Positions 52,096-62,989 of a stretch of 64,000 bases of DNA are shown here, in pieces. The notes under the pieces are model-generated. The model worked only from the letters and a program-made list of their open reading frames with translations. It was not told the origin of the DNA and searched no databases. Made by a program: the position numbers and the translations under genes. The DNA is from Gemmatimonadota bacterium. GTDB lineage: Bacteria; Gemmatimonadota; Gemmatimonadetes; Gemmatimonadales; GWC2-71-9. The stretch lies in the NCBI GenBank assembly GCA_003222035.1, contig QHUS01000045.1, positions 2,615-66,614 of the forward strand, written 5' to 3'. Within the stretch, counting starts at the first letter, position 1, and each line of letters opens with the position of its first letter.

Positions 52096-55000
52096 CCGGG
52101 GGGCCTGGCGCGGGGGGGGAGGGGGGGCGGCGGCTGGTTTTCCCGAGATAGGCTCGCACGAGGGGCGCCACGCGCCCCCGCACGAGCGCGGACTTGAAGA
52201 CATCCCGCTCCTCCGGCGTCACGTCCAGCAGGTACCGCTCCCCGCTTCCCGCACCCTCCCTGATGGCGACCGGGATGCCATCGCGATACAGAATTCGGTT
52301 CGTCGCGAGCCCGGGGACGACGTCTCCCGGCGTCACGATCCCGATCAGGTTGAGTGGATCGGCCCCGCTCACGGCCACGAGCTCGCCGGCAGGCGCCGCG
52401 CGCCGCACACTGCGTAACAGACCCACTGCCTCGGGCAGTGCGTACTGTTCTCCCGAGAACCCGCCTACGAAGCGCCCACCGCGGATCTCGCCGCGCGCTT
52501 CGAGCCGCCGGTACACTCGGAGAATGTCGCGCCACGGCGTGAGCAACGTCTCGCGCGTGACCAGCCTCCTGAATACCACGCCGTAGCGTCGCAACAGCTG
52601 CCACGCGACGGCCTCGGCGACCGCGTCCTCCGGCAGAGGCGTCGGGGCTCGAACGCGCGACCAGCGTCCGGCAGTCTCGACGCCGAACGGTGCGACCTTG
52701 CCCCGCCGCCGGAATCCTCCGATCGGACGCCGGCGGTCGGAGGGCACCAACAACGCGCGCAGCCCGGCGAAGCTGTCGGCGGTGACGAGTCCCCAGGCGA
52801 CCAGCTCGCCGAGCCCCTTCTCCACCTCCGTGCGCAGCAGGCCGGTCGCGTTCACCAAGTCGCCAAAGAACGACGCGCCGCGTTCGCCGAGCGCATCGCT
52901 CACCGCGCGGGCGGGATGCGAGAGCGGGAGATCCGCCGGATCGGGGTGCACCGCCAGGGACCGCCATACCGCTCCCCGCTCCCTGCGAAACAGCGCCACT
53001 GGGGTCGTGCGGATCGGCCCGGACTTGTGTCCGTTCGACGGCGCAGCCGGGGACAGCCGGCCCCAGGCGATCTCTCCCGACAGGCACAGGCCGTCGAGCC
53101 ACAAGGGGTCGTATTCACCGAGCCGCGCGGGCAGGACATCCGATTCCCAGGCACCTGCCGCCACCTCGTAGCCGTCGAGCTGCTCCAGCACCGCGGCGAG
53201 GCCTTCCGGCCCCTCGGCGCGCGTGTCCGACGCGGCGCGCTGCCAGCGCAACAAGAAGCGCATGAAATCGGCCGGCGCGACCGGCTCGATCTCCTGGCGC
53301 AGCCGATCGAGCGTGTACCGATGGATCCGCGCGAGCAAGCGGCGCTCGCACCACTCGAGCTCCACACTCCCAGGGGTGAACCGTCCGCGCAGCACGAAGC
53401 CTTCGTGCTCGAGCGCGCCAAGCGCGAAGTCCACGTCGGGAACGGGGACGCCGAGTGCCGATCCGATTGCGGCGGCAGTGGTCGGCCCTACGACTTCGAG
53501 CCGCCCGCGCACCAGCTCACGCAGCGCGTCCTCGCGAGTCCACGCCTTCGCCCGATCGCGCGCTGGCACGCTGAGCGCTGGCTCCGTGAGCGCGCCCGGG
53601 AAGGCCGCTTCGAGCATTGGCACGCGCTCGGCCGCCACCCACAGGCGGGGCTCCCTCAACAGCGTCGCAGCGCGTTTAGCCCGCACCAGCTCATTGAACG
53701 CCTCTTGCCAATCCACATTCCGCAATCCGCAATCCGCAATTGGCACCGCGCCCGCCACCATCAATGCATCATGCAGCTCGTCGGCGCTCCCGACCTCCGG
53801 CCACGCCTCGTCCCTCACGCGATCAATCGCCGCTTGATCGAGCCTCCCCAGCTCGTCCGCGGTCTTTACGTCGAGTCCGCGTCGCGTGATCACCGCCTGG
53901 GTGCGACGCTCCTCGAGCGGGGCGTCATCGAGGAACGCGTACGGCTTGGCGTTGATGACCTCGTGGGCAAGGGGAGACGGCTCCGTGGTGTCTCGCGCCA
54001 CCAGCGCGACCTGGCCCGATGCGATCGCCTCGAGCACGCGCTTCAGGCCGGGGAAATCCATGGCCTCGAGCAGGCAGTCGGCGATCGTCTGGTTGACGAG
54101 CGGGTGGTCCGGGATCTCGCGGTCGCCGACGAGGTTCTCGGGGCAGGCGAGCTGGTCGGGGAACACCGCGGCGACGAGGTCCTCTGCGTCCATGCGCTGG
54201 AGCGGGGTAGGCACCTTCTTCCCGCCTCGGGCCCGCAGCACGGCGAGCGCCCGCGTGGCGTTCCAGCGCCACCGGGTGCCGAACATCGGCGCATCGAGCA
54301 TCGCCTGCACCAACAGATGCTCGGCGGTCTCGGGCTTGAGGTACTGGAACACGTCCTCGAGCGGGAAGCTGTGCTGGGGGCCGAGCGACAAGACGATCGC
54401 GTCCTCCGTCGCCGCCGCCTGCAGCTCGAAGTTGAAGCTGCGGCAGAACCGCTTCCGGAGCGCGAGCCCCCACGCGCGGTTCACGCGGCTTCCGAAGGGC
54501 GCGTGCAGCACCAGCTGCATCCCACCCGCTTCGTCGAAGAACCGCTCCAGCACGAGCGTTTGCTGGGTCGGGATCACCCCGAGGATCTTCTTGGACGCGT
54601 CCAGATACTCGACGATCTGGCGGGCCGCCGCCTCGGGGAGGCCGGCGATCTCGCCCGCCAGCCAGGCGGTCGCTTCGCGGGCATCACCCAGCCGATCGCC
54701 GATGTCCTGGCGCAGCCGTGCGACCGCTTCGGACAGCTCGGCGGTCCGACCCGGCGCCTCACCCAGCCAGAACGGGATCGATGGCGGCTGACCCTGGGCG
54801 TCCACGACGCGGACCTGGCCGGACTCGATCCGCTGGATGAGGTACGACCGGTTGCCCAGCTGGAAGATGTCGCCGGGCGTGCTCTCGATGGCGAAGTCCT
54901 CGTTCAGCGTCCCGACGAACGTCTCCGTGGGCTCGAGGATGACCCGATAGTCCCCGACATCGGGTATCGCTCCACCCGACGTGAGCGCGGCGAGTCGGGC

Positions 55001-56449
55001 ACCGCGTCGCGCGCGCAAGCGGCGGTTCACGCCGTCGTAGTGGACGTAGGCGCCGCGCCGCCCGCGCCGCGTCGTGAATCCTTCGGCGAGCATCTGCACC
55101 ACGGCGTCGAAGTCCTTGCGCGAGAGATCGCGGTACGGGTACGCCCCCCGCACCAGCTGGAAGAGCGCGTCCTCGGCCCATTCGTCGCCCGCGACGGTGG
55201 CGACGATCTGCTGCGCCAAGATGTCGAGCGGACGATCCGGAATGATCAGCCGGTCGAGCTCGCGCCCGCGCGCGGCCCGCACCAGTGCGGCGCACTCGAT
55301 CAGCTCGTCGCGCGACAGCGGGAACACCCGGCCCTTCGGGATCGCGGCGAGGTGATGCCCCGAACGGCCCACGCGCTGCAGGAACGTCGCGATCGAGCGG
55401 GTCGAGCCGATCTGGCAGACGAGGTCCACAGTGCCGATGTCGATCCCCAGCTCGAGGGATGCCGTCGCGACCAGCGCTTTGAGCTTGCCTTCCTTCAGGA
55501 GCGTCTCCGCTTCCAGGCGCTTTTCCCGAGACAGGCTGCCGTGGTGCGACGTCACCTGGTCCGCGCCGAGACGTTCGGAGAGATGCAGGGTCAGGCGTTC
55601 CGCGAGTCGCCGGGTGTTGACGAAGACGAGCGTCGTCCGGTGCTCAGCGATGAGCTGCACCAGTCGCTCGTGGATCTCCTCCCACACCTCCGCGGCCATG
55701 ACCGCCTCGAGCGGCGACGACGGGATCTCGATGGCCAGATCGAGCGTGCGCGCGTGTCCCGAATCGATAATGCAGGTGTCGGGTGTTGGGTGTCGGGTGC
55801 CGGAAAGGAACGCGGCTATGTCCTCGATGGGCTTCTGTGTCGCCGACAGGCCGATCCGCTGCAAGCGCCGGCCGGCGAGGTGCTCCAGCCGCTCGAGCGA
55901 CAGCGCCAGGTGGCTCCCTCGCTTGTCGCGGGCCACCGCGTGGATCTCGTCCACGATGACAGTGCGCACCGGGCGCAACATCTCGCGCGCGCGCTCCGAC
56001 GTGAGGATGAGATAGAGCGACTCGGGCGTGGTGACGAGGATGTGGGGGGGGCGCCGTACCATCTCCTGCCGCTCCGCCCCCGGCGTGTCGCCGGTGCGCA
56101 CCAGCGTGCGAATCTCGACATCGGGCAGGCACAGTTGCTCGAGCATGCCCCGGATCTCGACCAGCGGCTCGGCCAGATTCTTCTGGACGTCGTTCGAAAG
56201 CGCCTTGAGCGGCGAGACGTACACCACCTGCGTCCCATCGGTCAGAGTCCCGGCGAGACCCTGCCGCAGCAGCGAATCGATCGCGGTCAAGAACGCCGCG
56301 AACGTCTTGCCAGACCCGGTCGGCGCGGCAATCAGCGTGTTCTTGCCGGCCTGGATCAACGGCCAGGCACGCTGTTGCGGCTCGGTGGGCGCGGGAAACC
56401 GGGACCCGAACCAACGCTCCACGGCGGGATGAAAGCCCGACAACGACAT
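52070..56449 (-). CDS. lhr: Lhr-family large ATP-dependent DEAD/DEAH helicase
   Basis: 1459 aa. N-terminus FHPAVERWF...[12 protein letters not shown]...[33 protein letters not shown], and the long Lhr-type C-terminal extension. Confidence 0.9.
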   Translation of the reverse strand: MSLSGFHPAVERWFGSRFPAPTEPQQRAWPLIQAGKNTLIAAPTGSGKTFAAFLTAIDSLLRQGLAGTLTDGTQVVYVSPLKALSNDVQKNLAEPLVEIRGMLEQLCLPDVEIRTLVRTGDTPGAERQEMVRRPPHILVTTPESLYLILTSERAREMLRPVRTVIVDEIHAVARDKRGSHLALSLERLEHLAGRRLQRIGLSATQKPIEDIAAFLSGTRHPTPDTCIIDSGHARTLDLAIEIPSSPLEAVMAAEVWEEIHERLVQLIAEHRTTLVFVNTRRLAERLTLHLSERLGADQVTSHHGSLSREKRLEAETLLKEGKLKALVATASLELGIDIGTVDLVCQIGSTRSIATFLQRVGRSGHHLAAIPKGRVFPLSRDELIECAALVRAARGRELDRLIIPDRPLDILAQQIVATVAGDEWAEDALFQLVRGAYPYRDLSRKDFDAVVQMLAEGFTTRRGRRGAYVHYDGVNRRLRARRGARLAALTSGGAIPDVGDYRVILEPTETFVGTLNEDFAIESTPGDIFQLGNRSYLIQRIESGQVRVVDAQGQPPSIPFWLGEAPGRTAELSEAVARLRQDIGDRLGDAREATAWLAGEIAGLPEAAARQIVEYLDASKKILGVIPTQQTLVLERFFDEAGGMQLVLHAPFGSRVNRAWGLALRKRFCRSFNFELQAAATEDAIVLSLGPQHSFPLEDVFQYLKPETAEHLLVQAMLDAPMFGTRWRWNATRALAVLRARGGKKVPTPLQRMDAEDLVAAVFPDQLACPENLVGDREIPDHPLVNQTIADCLLEAMDFPGLKRVLEAIASGQVALVARDTTEPSPLAHEVINAKPYAFLDDAPLEERRTQAVITRRGLDVKTADELGRLDQAAIDRVRDEAWPEVGSADELHDALMVAGAVPIADCGLRNVDWQEAFNELVRAKRAATLLREPRLWVAAERVPMLEAAFPGALTEPALSVPARDRAKAWTREDALRELVRGRLEVVGPTTAAAIGSALGVPVPDVDFALGALEHEGFVLRGRFTPGSVELEWCERRLLARIHRYTLDRLRQEIEPVAPADFMRFLLRWQRAASDTRAEGPEGLAAVLEQLDGYEVAAGAWESDVLPARLGEYDPLWLDGLCLSGEIAWGRLSPAAPSNGHKSGPIRTTPVALFRRERGAVWRSLAVHPDPADLPLSHPARAVSDALGERGASFFGDLVNATGLLRTEVEKGLGELVAWGLVTADSFAGLRALLVPSDRRRPIGGFRRRGKVAPFGVETAGRWSRVRAPTPLPEDAVAEAVAWQLLRRYGVVFRRLVTRETLLTPWRDILRVYRRLEARGEIRGGRFVGGFSGEQYALPEAVGLLRSVRRAAPAGELVAVSGADPLNLIGIVTPGDVVPGLATNRILYRDGIPVAIREGAGSGERYLLDVTPEERDVFKSALVRGRVAPLVRAYLGKTSRRPPSPPAPGPPARAGSNPP
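53708..53743. repeat. heptamer array (GCAATCC-like) x5 inside lhr
   Basis: ccaatcc acattcc gcaatcc gcaatcc gcaattg. Complement of the ATTGCGG unit seen in nadE and imuB. Encodes [12 protein letters not shown]. Confidence 0.8.
55774..55801. repeat. heptamer array (GGTGTCG-like) x4 inside lhr
   Basis: ggtgtcg ggtgttg ggtgtcg ggtgccg. Encodes GTRHPTPDT. Confidence 0.8.
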
Positions 56450-56468
56450 ACTGAAATATGGCGAAGAT

Positions 56469-57665
56469 TTACCGAAGGAGCGACACCCCTCGGGATGCCG
56501 CGATCCGCTCGATCGTCTCCCCGATCTTGTTGTTCGGCGTCGACGCTCCGGCGGTCACACCGATAGTGCGCGGTCCCGGCGGCAACCACCCCGTCGCCGA
56601 CCGTTCCTCCTTCGCGCCAGCGGGGCGGAACCGAATCGTCCCCGCGTCCGGATCGATGCAGCTCGCGTCCTCGATGTGATAGGTCGGGACTCGCGTCTGG
56701 CAGATGGCGGCGAGGTGGGTCGTGTTGCTCGAGTTGTACCCGCCGATGACCACCATGAGGTCGAGTGGCTCGGCGATGAGCTTCAGCACCGCATCCTGCC
56801 GATCCTGTGTGGCGGAGCAGATCGTGTCGAACGTGCGGAAATGCTCCGCCAAGGCTGCCTCGCCATACCGTTGCACCATGCTCCGCCGTAGCTCGGCCGC
56901 GATGGCGAGGGATTCCCCCGAGAGCATCGTCGTCTGATTCGCGACCCCTACGCGCACCAGGTCGCGATCGGGGTCGAATCCCGCGGACATCTTGCCCGCA
57001 AAGGTCGAAACGAGCTGCTCCCTACTCCCGGCTCCCTCGATGTAGGTACACACGTCCCGTGCCTCGGCCATGTCCCGCACGACGAGATACTCGCCGCCCG
57101 GGTACTTGGTCACCTGGCTCGAGGTCGCCTTGGTTTCCTCGTGATAGTACTTGCCATGGATGACGGCGGTGAAGCCGTCTTTCGCATAGGAATCCACCCG
57201 CTTCCACACGTTCAGGACGGAGCCGCAGGTCGTGTCCACCAGGACGCACCCGATCGCACGCAGCCGCTCGAAGTCCTTCACGGTGACGCCGAAGGCGGGG
57301 AGAATGACGACGTCCGCGGGTGTGACCTCCCGGAAGTCGAACTCGCCATCGTCGGGCCGGTGCAGAAACTCGACGCCCATGCCCCGCAGCTTGTTGTTGA
57401 CGTGCGGATTGTGGATGATCTCGCCCACGAGGAACACCCGCCGGTCCGGAAACTTGGTGCGCGTTTCGTAGGCGTACTCGACGGCGCGGTCCACGCCGTA
57501 ACAGAACCCGAATTCGCCGGCGAGTTTGAACGTCAGATCGCCGGCCTCCAGGACGTGACCCTGTGCACGGATGCGGTCCACCACGCGGCTGTGATAGTCA
57601 GCCGCCAGCGCGCCCTCGATGTCTCCTTTGAGGCCGAACCCGCGCCTGAAATAGGTCTGCTCCAC
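56469..57665 (-). CDS. ispH: 4-hydroxy-3-methylbut-2-enyl diphosphate reductase (long form)
   Basis: [35 protein letters not shown] are typical IspH/LytB blocks. GTG start. 398 aa. Confidence 0.9.
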   Translation of the reverse strand: MEQTYFRRGFGLKGDIEGALAADYHSRVVDRIRAQGHVLEAGDLTFKLAGEFGFCYGVDRAVEYAYETRTKFPDRRVFLVGEIIHNPHVNNKLRGMGVEFLHRPDDGEFDFREVTPADVVILPAFGVTVKDFERLRAIGCVLVDTTCGSVLNVWKRVDSYAKDGFTAVIHGKYYHEETKATSSQVTKYPGGEYLVVRDMAEARDVCTYIEGAGSREQLVSTFAGKMSAGFDPDRDLVRVGVANQTTMLSGESLAIAAELRRSMVQRYGEAALAEHFRTFDTICSATQDRQDAVLKLIAEPLDLMVVIGGYNSSNTTHLAAICQTRVPTYHIEDASCIDPDAGTIRFRPAGAKEERSATGWLPPGPRTIGVTAGASTPNNKIGETIERIAASRGVSLLR

Positions 57666-57669
57666 GAGG

Positions 57670-58731
57670 TCAATCTAACCGGGCACTGCGGCCCTCGCGC
57701 ACGGCGGCCATCACGCGTTGCACGGCGAGCCCGTCGCGAAAGGTCGCTGGCTCGCCGCTCGGCGGTCGGCCTTCCACCGTGGGGACGAGATCTCGCATCA
57801 ATCGCACGAAGGAGCGGGCCCACATGTTGTTCGGGACCGTCCGTTCCCACAGGTCGTCCGGTACGCTCGCGTCTTCGGGCGGCGCTCCGGGCCGCACGAT
57901 TTCCAGCTTGGTCTCGCCGGTCAACACCAGCGTGGCGTCGCGCCCCGTGATCTGGGCGAAGTGCCCCGGCCCGCACGCGGCCACCGTGCTCAGCGTCACG
58001 GTCGCCACCACGCCGTTCGCGAGGGACATGATGAAGCTCGCGTATTCGTCAGCCGTCACGGGCCGGCGCACACCCTGGTCGTCACTGCGCTCCGACACGA
58101 ACGTAGCGACCCGGCCGTTGACCTCCGCGACTTCGCTTCCGGTCCAGAAGCGGCACAGGTCGATGAGGTGCGAGCCCACGGCTCCCAGAATGCCGCCGCC
58201 ACGGCGCGCGTCGTACCACCAGCTCCACGGGGCATCGAACGCCTGCCGTCGGCCGTCGCCACGCAAATACGGTTTGAGCAGCAACTCGATATGGAGAACG
58301 GGGCCGATCGCTCCCGCGCGGATCAGCTCTCGGGCCCGCTGGCGGTTCGGCTCGTAGCGCAGCTCGTGATCGATACGGGCGAGCCCCCGGCTCCCTTCAG
58401 CGACGTCCACCATCTGCTCGGCTTCGCGCACCGAGAGCGCCATCGGCTTCTCGCAGAGCACGTGCTTGCCCGCTTTCAAAGCAGCGATGGCGTGACGGGC
58501 GTGGGCGTCAGGCGTCGACGACACGATCACGAGATCGACGTCCGGGGACTCGGCCAGCGCCTCGCCGCTTCCGAACGCGCGTGCGATGCCGAACTCCGCC
58601 GCGACGCCCCGCGCGCGGTCCAAGCTGCCGCTCCCGACGGCCGCGACACGCACGCCCGGTACCAGTCCGAGGCCGGGAAGCTGCACCCGGCGCCCGAACC
58701 CGGTGCCGATTACGCCGACGCGAACGGTCAC
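57670..58731 (-). CDS. Gfo/Idh/MocA-family oxidoreductase
   Basis: GTG 58731 overlaps the upstream TGA. VRVGVIGTGFGRR Rossmann start and HVLCEKPMA motif. The 543-aa track ORF is an artefactual extension. Confidence 0.8.
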   Translation of the reverse strand: MTVRVGVIGTGFGRRVQLPGLGLVPGVRVAAVGSGSLDRARGVAAEFGIARAFGSGEALAESPDVDLVIVSSTPDAHARHAIAALKAGKHVLCEKPMALSVREAEQMVDVAEGSRGLARIDHELRYEPNRQRARELIRAGAIGPVLHIELLLKPYLRGDGRRQAFDAPWSWWYDARRGGGILGAVGSHLIDLCRFWTGSEVAEVNGRVATFVSERSDDQGVRRPVTADEYASFIMSLANGVVATVTLSTVAACGPGHFAQITGRDATLVLTGETKLEIVRPGAPPEDASVPDDLWERTVPNNMWARSFVRLMRDLVPTVEGRPPSGEPATFRDGLAVQRVMAAVREGRSARLD

Positions 58732-59219
58732 GGCTTGGGCCGGCAGGGAACGGTGTCCGCGCCGAGCGGCACCGCCTCGAACCACGCCTGGAGAAACGCC
58801 CGTCCTGCAATGGCCGATTCGAGCCCGACGCCGCGCGCCGTGACCGTTAGCCCGCGACCGTCCGCGCGCACATCGACCGCGCCGCTGTCGAGCGCAAAGC
58901 CGTGCGGCATTTCCCTTACCATGTACCGCACGGCGACGGTAGCGCCACGCGGCGACACGGTGTCCCCGCGCTGCAGCATGGGCCAGGCGCCATTTGCGAC
59001 CGTGTCCGGAGAGCGCAGCCACACCGCGACCCCGTTCCCGGCGCGAGAGCCCCGGAGGAAGATCCCCCAGCCCCGCGCAGGGGTGCTGTCGCCGCCCGAG
59101 CAGCGGCTCGCCCGCGCCGCTGCCTCGAACCGGGTCGTGTCGCTCGGAGGACGGGTGACGAGGGCGCGGAGCCGTCCAGCCGGATCCTCCGGCGGTGCGC
59201 TGCCGCACGCCTCGGCCAT
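58728..59219 (-). CDS. hypothetical (probably secreted/lipo-) protein with uncertain start
   Basis: The first ATG (59219) gives MAEACGS.... The in-frame upstream codons read LRPLPVASIAFIL and look like a signal or lipoprotein h-region, but I found no canonical start codon after the upstream stop at 59261. Confidence 0.4.
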   Translation of the reverse strand: MAEACGSAPPEDPAGRLRALVTRPPSDTTRFEAAARASRCSGGDSTPARGWGIFLRGSRAGNGVAVWLRSPDTVANGAWPMLQRGDTVSPRGATVAVRYMVREMPHGFALDSGAVDVRADGRGLTVTARGVGLESAIAGRAFLQAWFEAVPLGADTVPCRPKP

Positions 59220-59260
59220 CAGGATGAACGCGATGCTCGCGACGGGCAGCGGTCTCAGGG

Positions 59261-59746
59261 TTACGCTCTCGCCCCGCCGTGGGAGGCCGGCGATGTGACA
59301 CCGAGGATCTTGCGCGCTGCGTCCGTCGCGAGCGTGTGCGGCGCGAGTGCCTCGATCAGCCCGGCGGGCAGGGGCTGCGGCTTGAGCCGCTTGCGGTCCA
59401 CACACACGAGCACCATCCAGCCGGCGGCGCCCAGGCGCGACGGCTCGTCGCGGAGCACGTCGAAGTTGAGCGTCATCGACTTCGTGCCCACGCGCCCGAC
59501 ATAGGTGGCGACGCGTAGCCGGTCGTCCAAGCGCGCGGGCAAGTAGAACTCGCTGTGCACCGCCTTGCGCGGCAGAAAGATGTCATAGCGGTCGAAGAGC
59601 CGCGCGTAGGCGAGGCCGCACGCACGGAACAGCTCGGTCTCGGCGATCTCGAAGAACCGCACGTACGACCCGTAAAAAATGATGCCCGCGAAGTCCACGT
59701 CGGACCACCGGACGTACTCTTCGATGATATACGGCGTGGCGGGCAT
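59261..59746 (-). CDS. 4HBT/YbgC-type acyl-CoA thioesterase
   Basis: VRWSDVDFAGIIFYGSYVRFFEIAETELFR is the typical hotdog 4HBT N-terminal block. 161 aa. Confidence 0.8.
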   Translation of the reverse strand: MPATPYIIEEYVRWSDVDFAGIIFYGSYVRFFEIAETELFRACGLAYARLFDRYDIFLPRKAVHSEFYLPARLDDRLRVATYVGRVGTKSMTLNFDVLRDEPSRLGAAGWMVLVCVDRKRLKPQPLPAGLIEALAPHTLATDAARKILGVTSPASHGGARA

Positions 59747-59822
59747 CGCGTCCCGACCGGTGGAGCCCGAGCGGGAAGCTAGGGTAGGTAAAACGCCGAC
59801 GCCAGGATCGGCGGGTCGGCGG

Positions 59823-60296
59823 TCAGGCGCGCGCGGCGGAGCTAGCGCCTCCGTGCCCGTTGTGGCGCAGGCCGTAGGCGCGCAACCGGCGCCACAGCGT
59901 CGTGCGACTGATGCCGAGGCGCCGCGCGGTCTCGGCGAGCTTGCCTTGCGTCACTGCGAGGGTGTCCAAGATGGCCTGTCGCTCGCGCTCCGCCAGCGTG
60001 GGGCTATGCTCGCCGTCCGGCAAGAACACCACTTCACCGAGCTCGACCGAGCCCTGCTTCAGCGCCCGCGCGCGTCCGCCGAACGTGACGAGCCGGTCAC
60101 GCAGGTTCTCACCGCGGTGCGTGACGCCATCGCCGAGGGCATCGATCGCGCGGCGCGCACGCTGGTTTGCGTACAGCATCCGGCCGTACGTGTCGAACAC
60201 GACCACGCCTTCATTGAACGTTTCCATCACCGCTTGTCCGAGGGGCGCGAAGCTCGACTGGGGAGCAAGGCCGGGGTTCTTTTCGCGTGCTGGCAT
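59823..60296 (-). CDS. small regulator with a C-terminal Fis-type HTH (HTH_8) and a PAS-like N-region
   Basis: C-terminal ERQAILDTLAVTQGKLAETARRLGISRTTLWRRLRAYG is the classic Fis/NtrC-type HTH. Confidence 0.75.
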   Translation of the reverse strand: MPAREKNPGLAPQSSFAPLGQAVMETFNEGVVVFDTYGRMLYANQRARRAIDALGDGVTHRGENLRDRLVTFGGRARALKQGSVELGEVVFLPDGEHSPTLAERERQAILDTLAVTQGKLAETARRLGISRTTLWRRLRAYGLRHNGHGGASSAARA

Positions 60297-60387
60297 ACGT
60301 TGGATAACTCTAGCTCCAGGTCAAAGTTCCAGAAGGCACCACCATTAACTAGACCCGCCGTGCGTCGGGAGGTCACACAAAGAAACC

Positions 60388-62943
60388 TTAGCGCCGCCGG
60401 CCCCGCCGCCCTGCCCGCGCCAGGCGCTGCCGCTCGCCGCGCGACAGCCCGCTCAACTGGCGGCGCAGCTCCTCGAGGGAGTCAGATCGCACGGCCTCCC
60501 GCTTGCCACGGACGACGGTGAAGCGCACCGGTCGATCGAGCGGGGGCAGGTCGCGAGGCTGCAACCGCCGCGCTTGACCCTCCTTAAGGCGCAACCGCAC
60601 CACCCCCACCCCCTGCTCCACCTCGTAGTCCACGGGCACTCGGTCGCCATACAGGTGCACGGACGCGGGAAGCGCTTCGAGCGCGCGACGCGCGGCCTCG
60701 GGTATCAGTTCGTCTACGTCGAGCGCCATCCGCGTGTTGATGAAGGCGTCCCATGACGTGACGCTCGCGATCTGGGCCGCCAGCCGCTCACGCAGGCTGT
60801 CCGTTTCAGCCTGGGTCAGCTGCCCACCCGAGCGCCGCCAGTAGAACCCAAGGCGCTCCAGCGCGCGCCGCAGCCGGGCTTGATCGGGGTGCGGCGTGTC
60901 CCCTCTGAGCAGGGCATCGATGAGCGCGGCCCGGGCGGCCTCCGCGAGCTCCGGGGGGAACGGACTCGGCAGCGGCTCCACGTCCCTTTCGAGCAGGAAG
61001 CCGAAATAACTCACGGTCCTGACGCGCATCAGGCCTTCCCGCCGCCGCTGCCGCTCGAATACGACCGTGGGCGCGCCCCGTCGGGCATAGCGGCGGATCG
61101 CCCGCTCCGGCAGCTGAGTGCCTTCGATGCTGGCCCGCGGCACCCCAAAGCGATCCGCAAAGTAGCGCAGGGTGCCGGCCACGGCACCCCAACTGGAGCA
61201 CACGGAGCCGCGGCTCACGCGTGCTTCGCGGCCGTCCGCTGTCTCCTCGTCAATCACCAGGTCGAACGGCTGGATCCTGCCGACCAAGTCGGCGAACGCC
61301 ACGAGGGCCTTTTCAGCCGCGTGCGGCAACCGCTCGGGGAGCGGCAGCTCGAGCTGGCGGTACACGGAGGCCAGCCCCAACGCCACGTCCTCGATCGCCT
61401 TCACGAGCACGCCGCGGCCCTCGGCCCAGCGATCGATGGTGTCTCGGAACAGATGGCGGGGCAGGCCATAGACCTCACCCAGGTAGCCATGCTTGTTGAC
61501 CGCCTCGGCATGCACGTTGTACGCCGTCAAATGGTCGCTCCCGGCCACGATCAGGCCGCGAAGGTCGCGCTCCTCACGGGTCATCCGATGCAGCGACTCG
61601 ATGTTCGCCGCGACCGCAACGAACGGCACGAGATCGGGATCCGCGTGAAACAGCAGCTCACCCCAGGGTCGTTCAACCGGCATCGCGTCGACGTCGCGAC
61701 CGTAGCGCGTGAGCCGACCGCGCTCGATCAGCCCGCGGTCTGTCAGTAGCTCGACGGCCTCCCGATAGGCTTTGCGGTCGAGCGGCACCGGGAGGTCGAG
61801 CTCCCTCGCGTCCACACCCAGAGCTGCACAGGTGATGGCAACGCGCTCGGCGTCGCCGGCGAGCTGGAACTCGGGAGGTGTCGGCGCGAGCTGCTCGAAT
61901 ACCAGATCGCGATCGCTCAGGATGTAGACCTCGCCGCCCTCCACCCGACCGTGCACGCGTCCTGCCATCTGGAGGATCTCGTTGGCGCCGAGATAGAGGC
62001 GTGTCAGGACGTTGCGGCCGCGCTCGACGACGTTGGCGTAGCGCGCGTCATAGATCACCACGGTGTCGAGGCCGCGGATGTTCAGAGCGGACTGGCCCGC
62101 GGCGGTCATCGCCAGCAGGAACGGCCGACGTACCTGGCCATCGAGAAACGGCCGGATCACCCGGATCGGCTCGCCGCCGTGATAGAACGCCGTCGGAATT
62201 CCCTGCCACCGGTCCCCGAGCTCCTTCGCGATCTGCTCGACTTCCGCCCGCGTCGGCACGAATACGGCCACACCGCGCCGCTCACGCAGGACCCGCTTCA
62301 TGAAGCGATCGTTCAGGAACTCAAGGGGCTGCTCGGGCAGCACGCGCACGTCGGCCGCCCGCGTCGGATCGAACGCCCGCGTCTCGAGCACGTCGACCGA
62401 TGCGAGGTAGCGCGCGTAGAACGATGGGTCCACGGTCGCGGACAGCCAGATGAACCGACAGCCCGCGCGCTTCCCGAGCGCCAGGCACAGCTCGAGCTCG
62501 GCGGACGTCTGGTGGATCTCGTCCACCACGAGCGTGTCGCGGGACGTGATGAGCCCGTCCTCGAACCAGCGGCGCGCGATGCCCGTGGTGACGATCACGA
62601 CGTTCCACGTGGGCGTTTCGGGCGTCGCCTCGCGCTCCCGATTCACCACGCCGACCTTGAGCGGCGCCTCGAGGATGGTGGAAGCGATCGACCGGATGGC
62701 GAGCGTCTTGCCGGTGCCCGTCCCCGCTACTATCCCGAACCCCTCCCCCGACGCCGCGAGGCGCCGGATGTCGTCGCCGTGCTCCCGGGCGAGCAGGGTG
62801 TCGATGTCGAGGCCCATCGCCAGCTCGATGGTCTCGCACGCCGCCCGCGTGGGGGCGATGACCACGACGCGCCCCGTGGCAGGCTCGGCGGCGAGGAATG
62901 CGCTGGGGTCGGGAGGAAGGGCGTGGTCGCGGGAGATTCGCAC
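60388..62943 (-). CDS. DEAH-box (HrpA/HrpB-like) ATP-dependent helicase with a long divergent C-terminal region
   Basis: Walker A AGTGTGKT, DEIH, SAT, QMAGRVHGR. GTG 62943 is preferred, because the upstream ATG 62991 would overlap the divergent gene start at 62990. Confidence 0.75.
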   Translation of the reverse strand: MRISRDHALPPDPSAFLAAEPATGRVVVIAPTRAACETIELAMGLDIDTLLAREHGDDIRRLAASGEGFGIVAGTGTGKTLAIRSIASTILEAPLKVGVVNREREATPETPTWNVVIVTTGIARRWFEDGLITSRDTLVVDEIHQTSAELELCLALGKRAGCRFIWLSATVDPSFYARYLASVDVLETRAFDPTRAADVRVLPEQPLEFLNDRFMKRVLRERRGVAVFVPTRAEVEQIAKELGDRWQGIPTAFYHGGEPIRVIRPFLDGQVRRPFLLAMTAAGQSALNIRGLDTVVIYDARYANVVERGRNVLTRLYLGANEILQMAGRVHGRVEGGEVYILSDRDLVFEQLAPTPPEFQLAGDAERVAITCAALGVDARELDLPVPLDRKAYREAVELLTDRGLIERGRLTRYGRDVDAMPVERPWGELLFHADPDLVPFVAVAANIESLHRMTREERDLRGLIVAGSDHLTAYNVHAEAVNKHGYLGEVYGLPRHLFRDTIDRWAEGRGVLVKAIEDVALGLASVYRQLELPLPERLPHAAEKALVAFADLVGRIQPFDLVIDEETADGREARVSRGSVCSSWGAVAGTLRYFADRFGVPRASIEGTQLPERAIRRYARRGAPTVVFERQRRREGLMRVRTVSYFGFLLERDVEPLPSPFPPELAEAARAALIDALLRGDTPHPDQARLRRALERLGFYWRRSGGQLTQAETDSLRERLAAQIASVTSWDAFINTRMALDVDELIPEAARRALEALPASVHLYGDRVPVDYEVEQGVGVVRLRLKEGQARRLQPRDLPPLDRPVRFTVVRGKREAVRSDSLEELRRQLSGLSRGERQRLARAGRRGRRR

Positions 62944-62989
62944 GGTGGCAATATAGATTAGGCCCGGATCAGGCCAGGAGGGTGCAGGC

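Noticed and set aside
52916-56566. 1216-aa ORF on the plus strand, the second-longest in the track
   Set aside because: It is entirely antisense to lhr, which has a full helicase motif set. The translation is Arg/Gly/Pro/Leu-rich with no recognisable motif. Long stop-free antisense frames are expected at this GC content.
57670-59301. 543-aa track ORF as a single large oxidoreductase
   Set aside because: The Rossmann start VRVGVIGTGFG sits at GTG 58731. The upstream 190 codons are R/G-rich and overlap a different-frame ORF, so the gene was trimmed to 57670-58731.
52070-62943. Idea that Lhr and the DEAH helicase are further components of the MTase/SNF2 system (DISARM DrmA-like)
   Set aside because: They lie 18-26 kb away and are separated by many housekeeping genes on both strands. 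Lhr has its canonical architecture, and I recognised no DUF1998-like or PLD gene.
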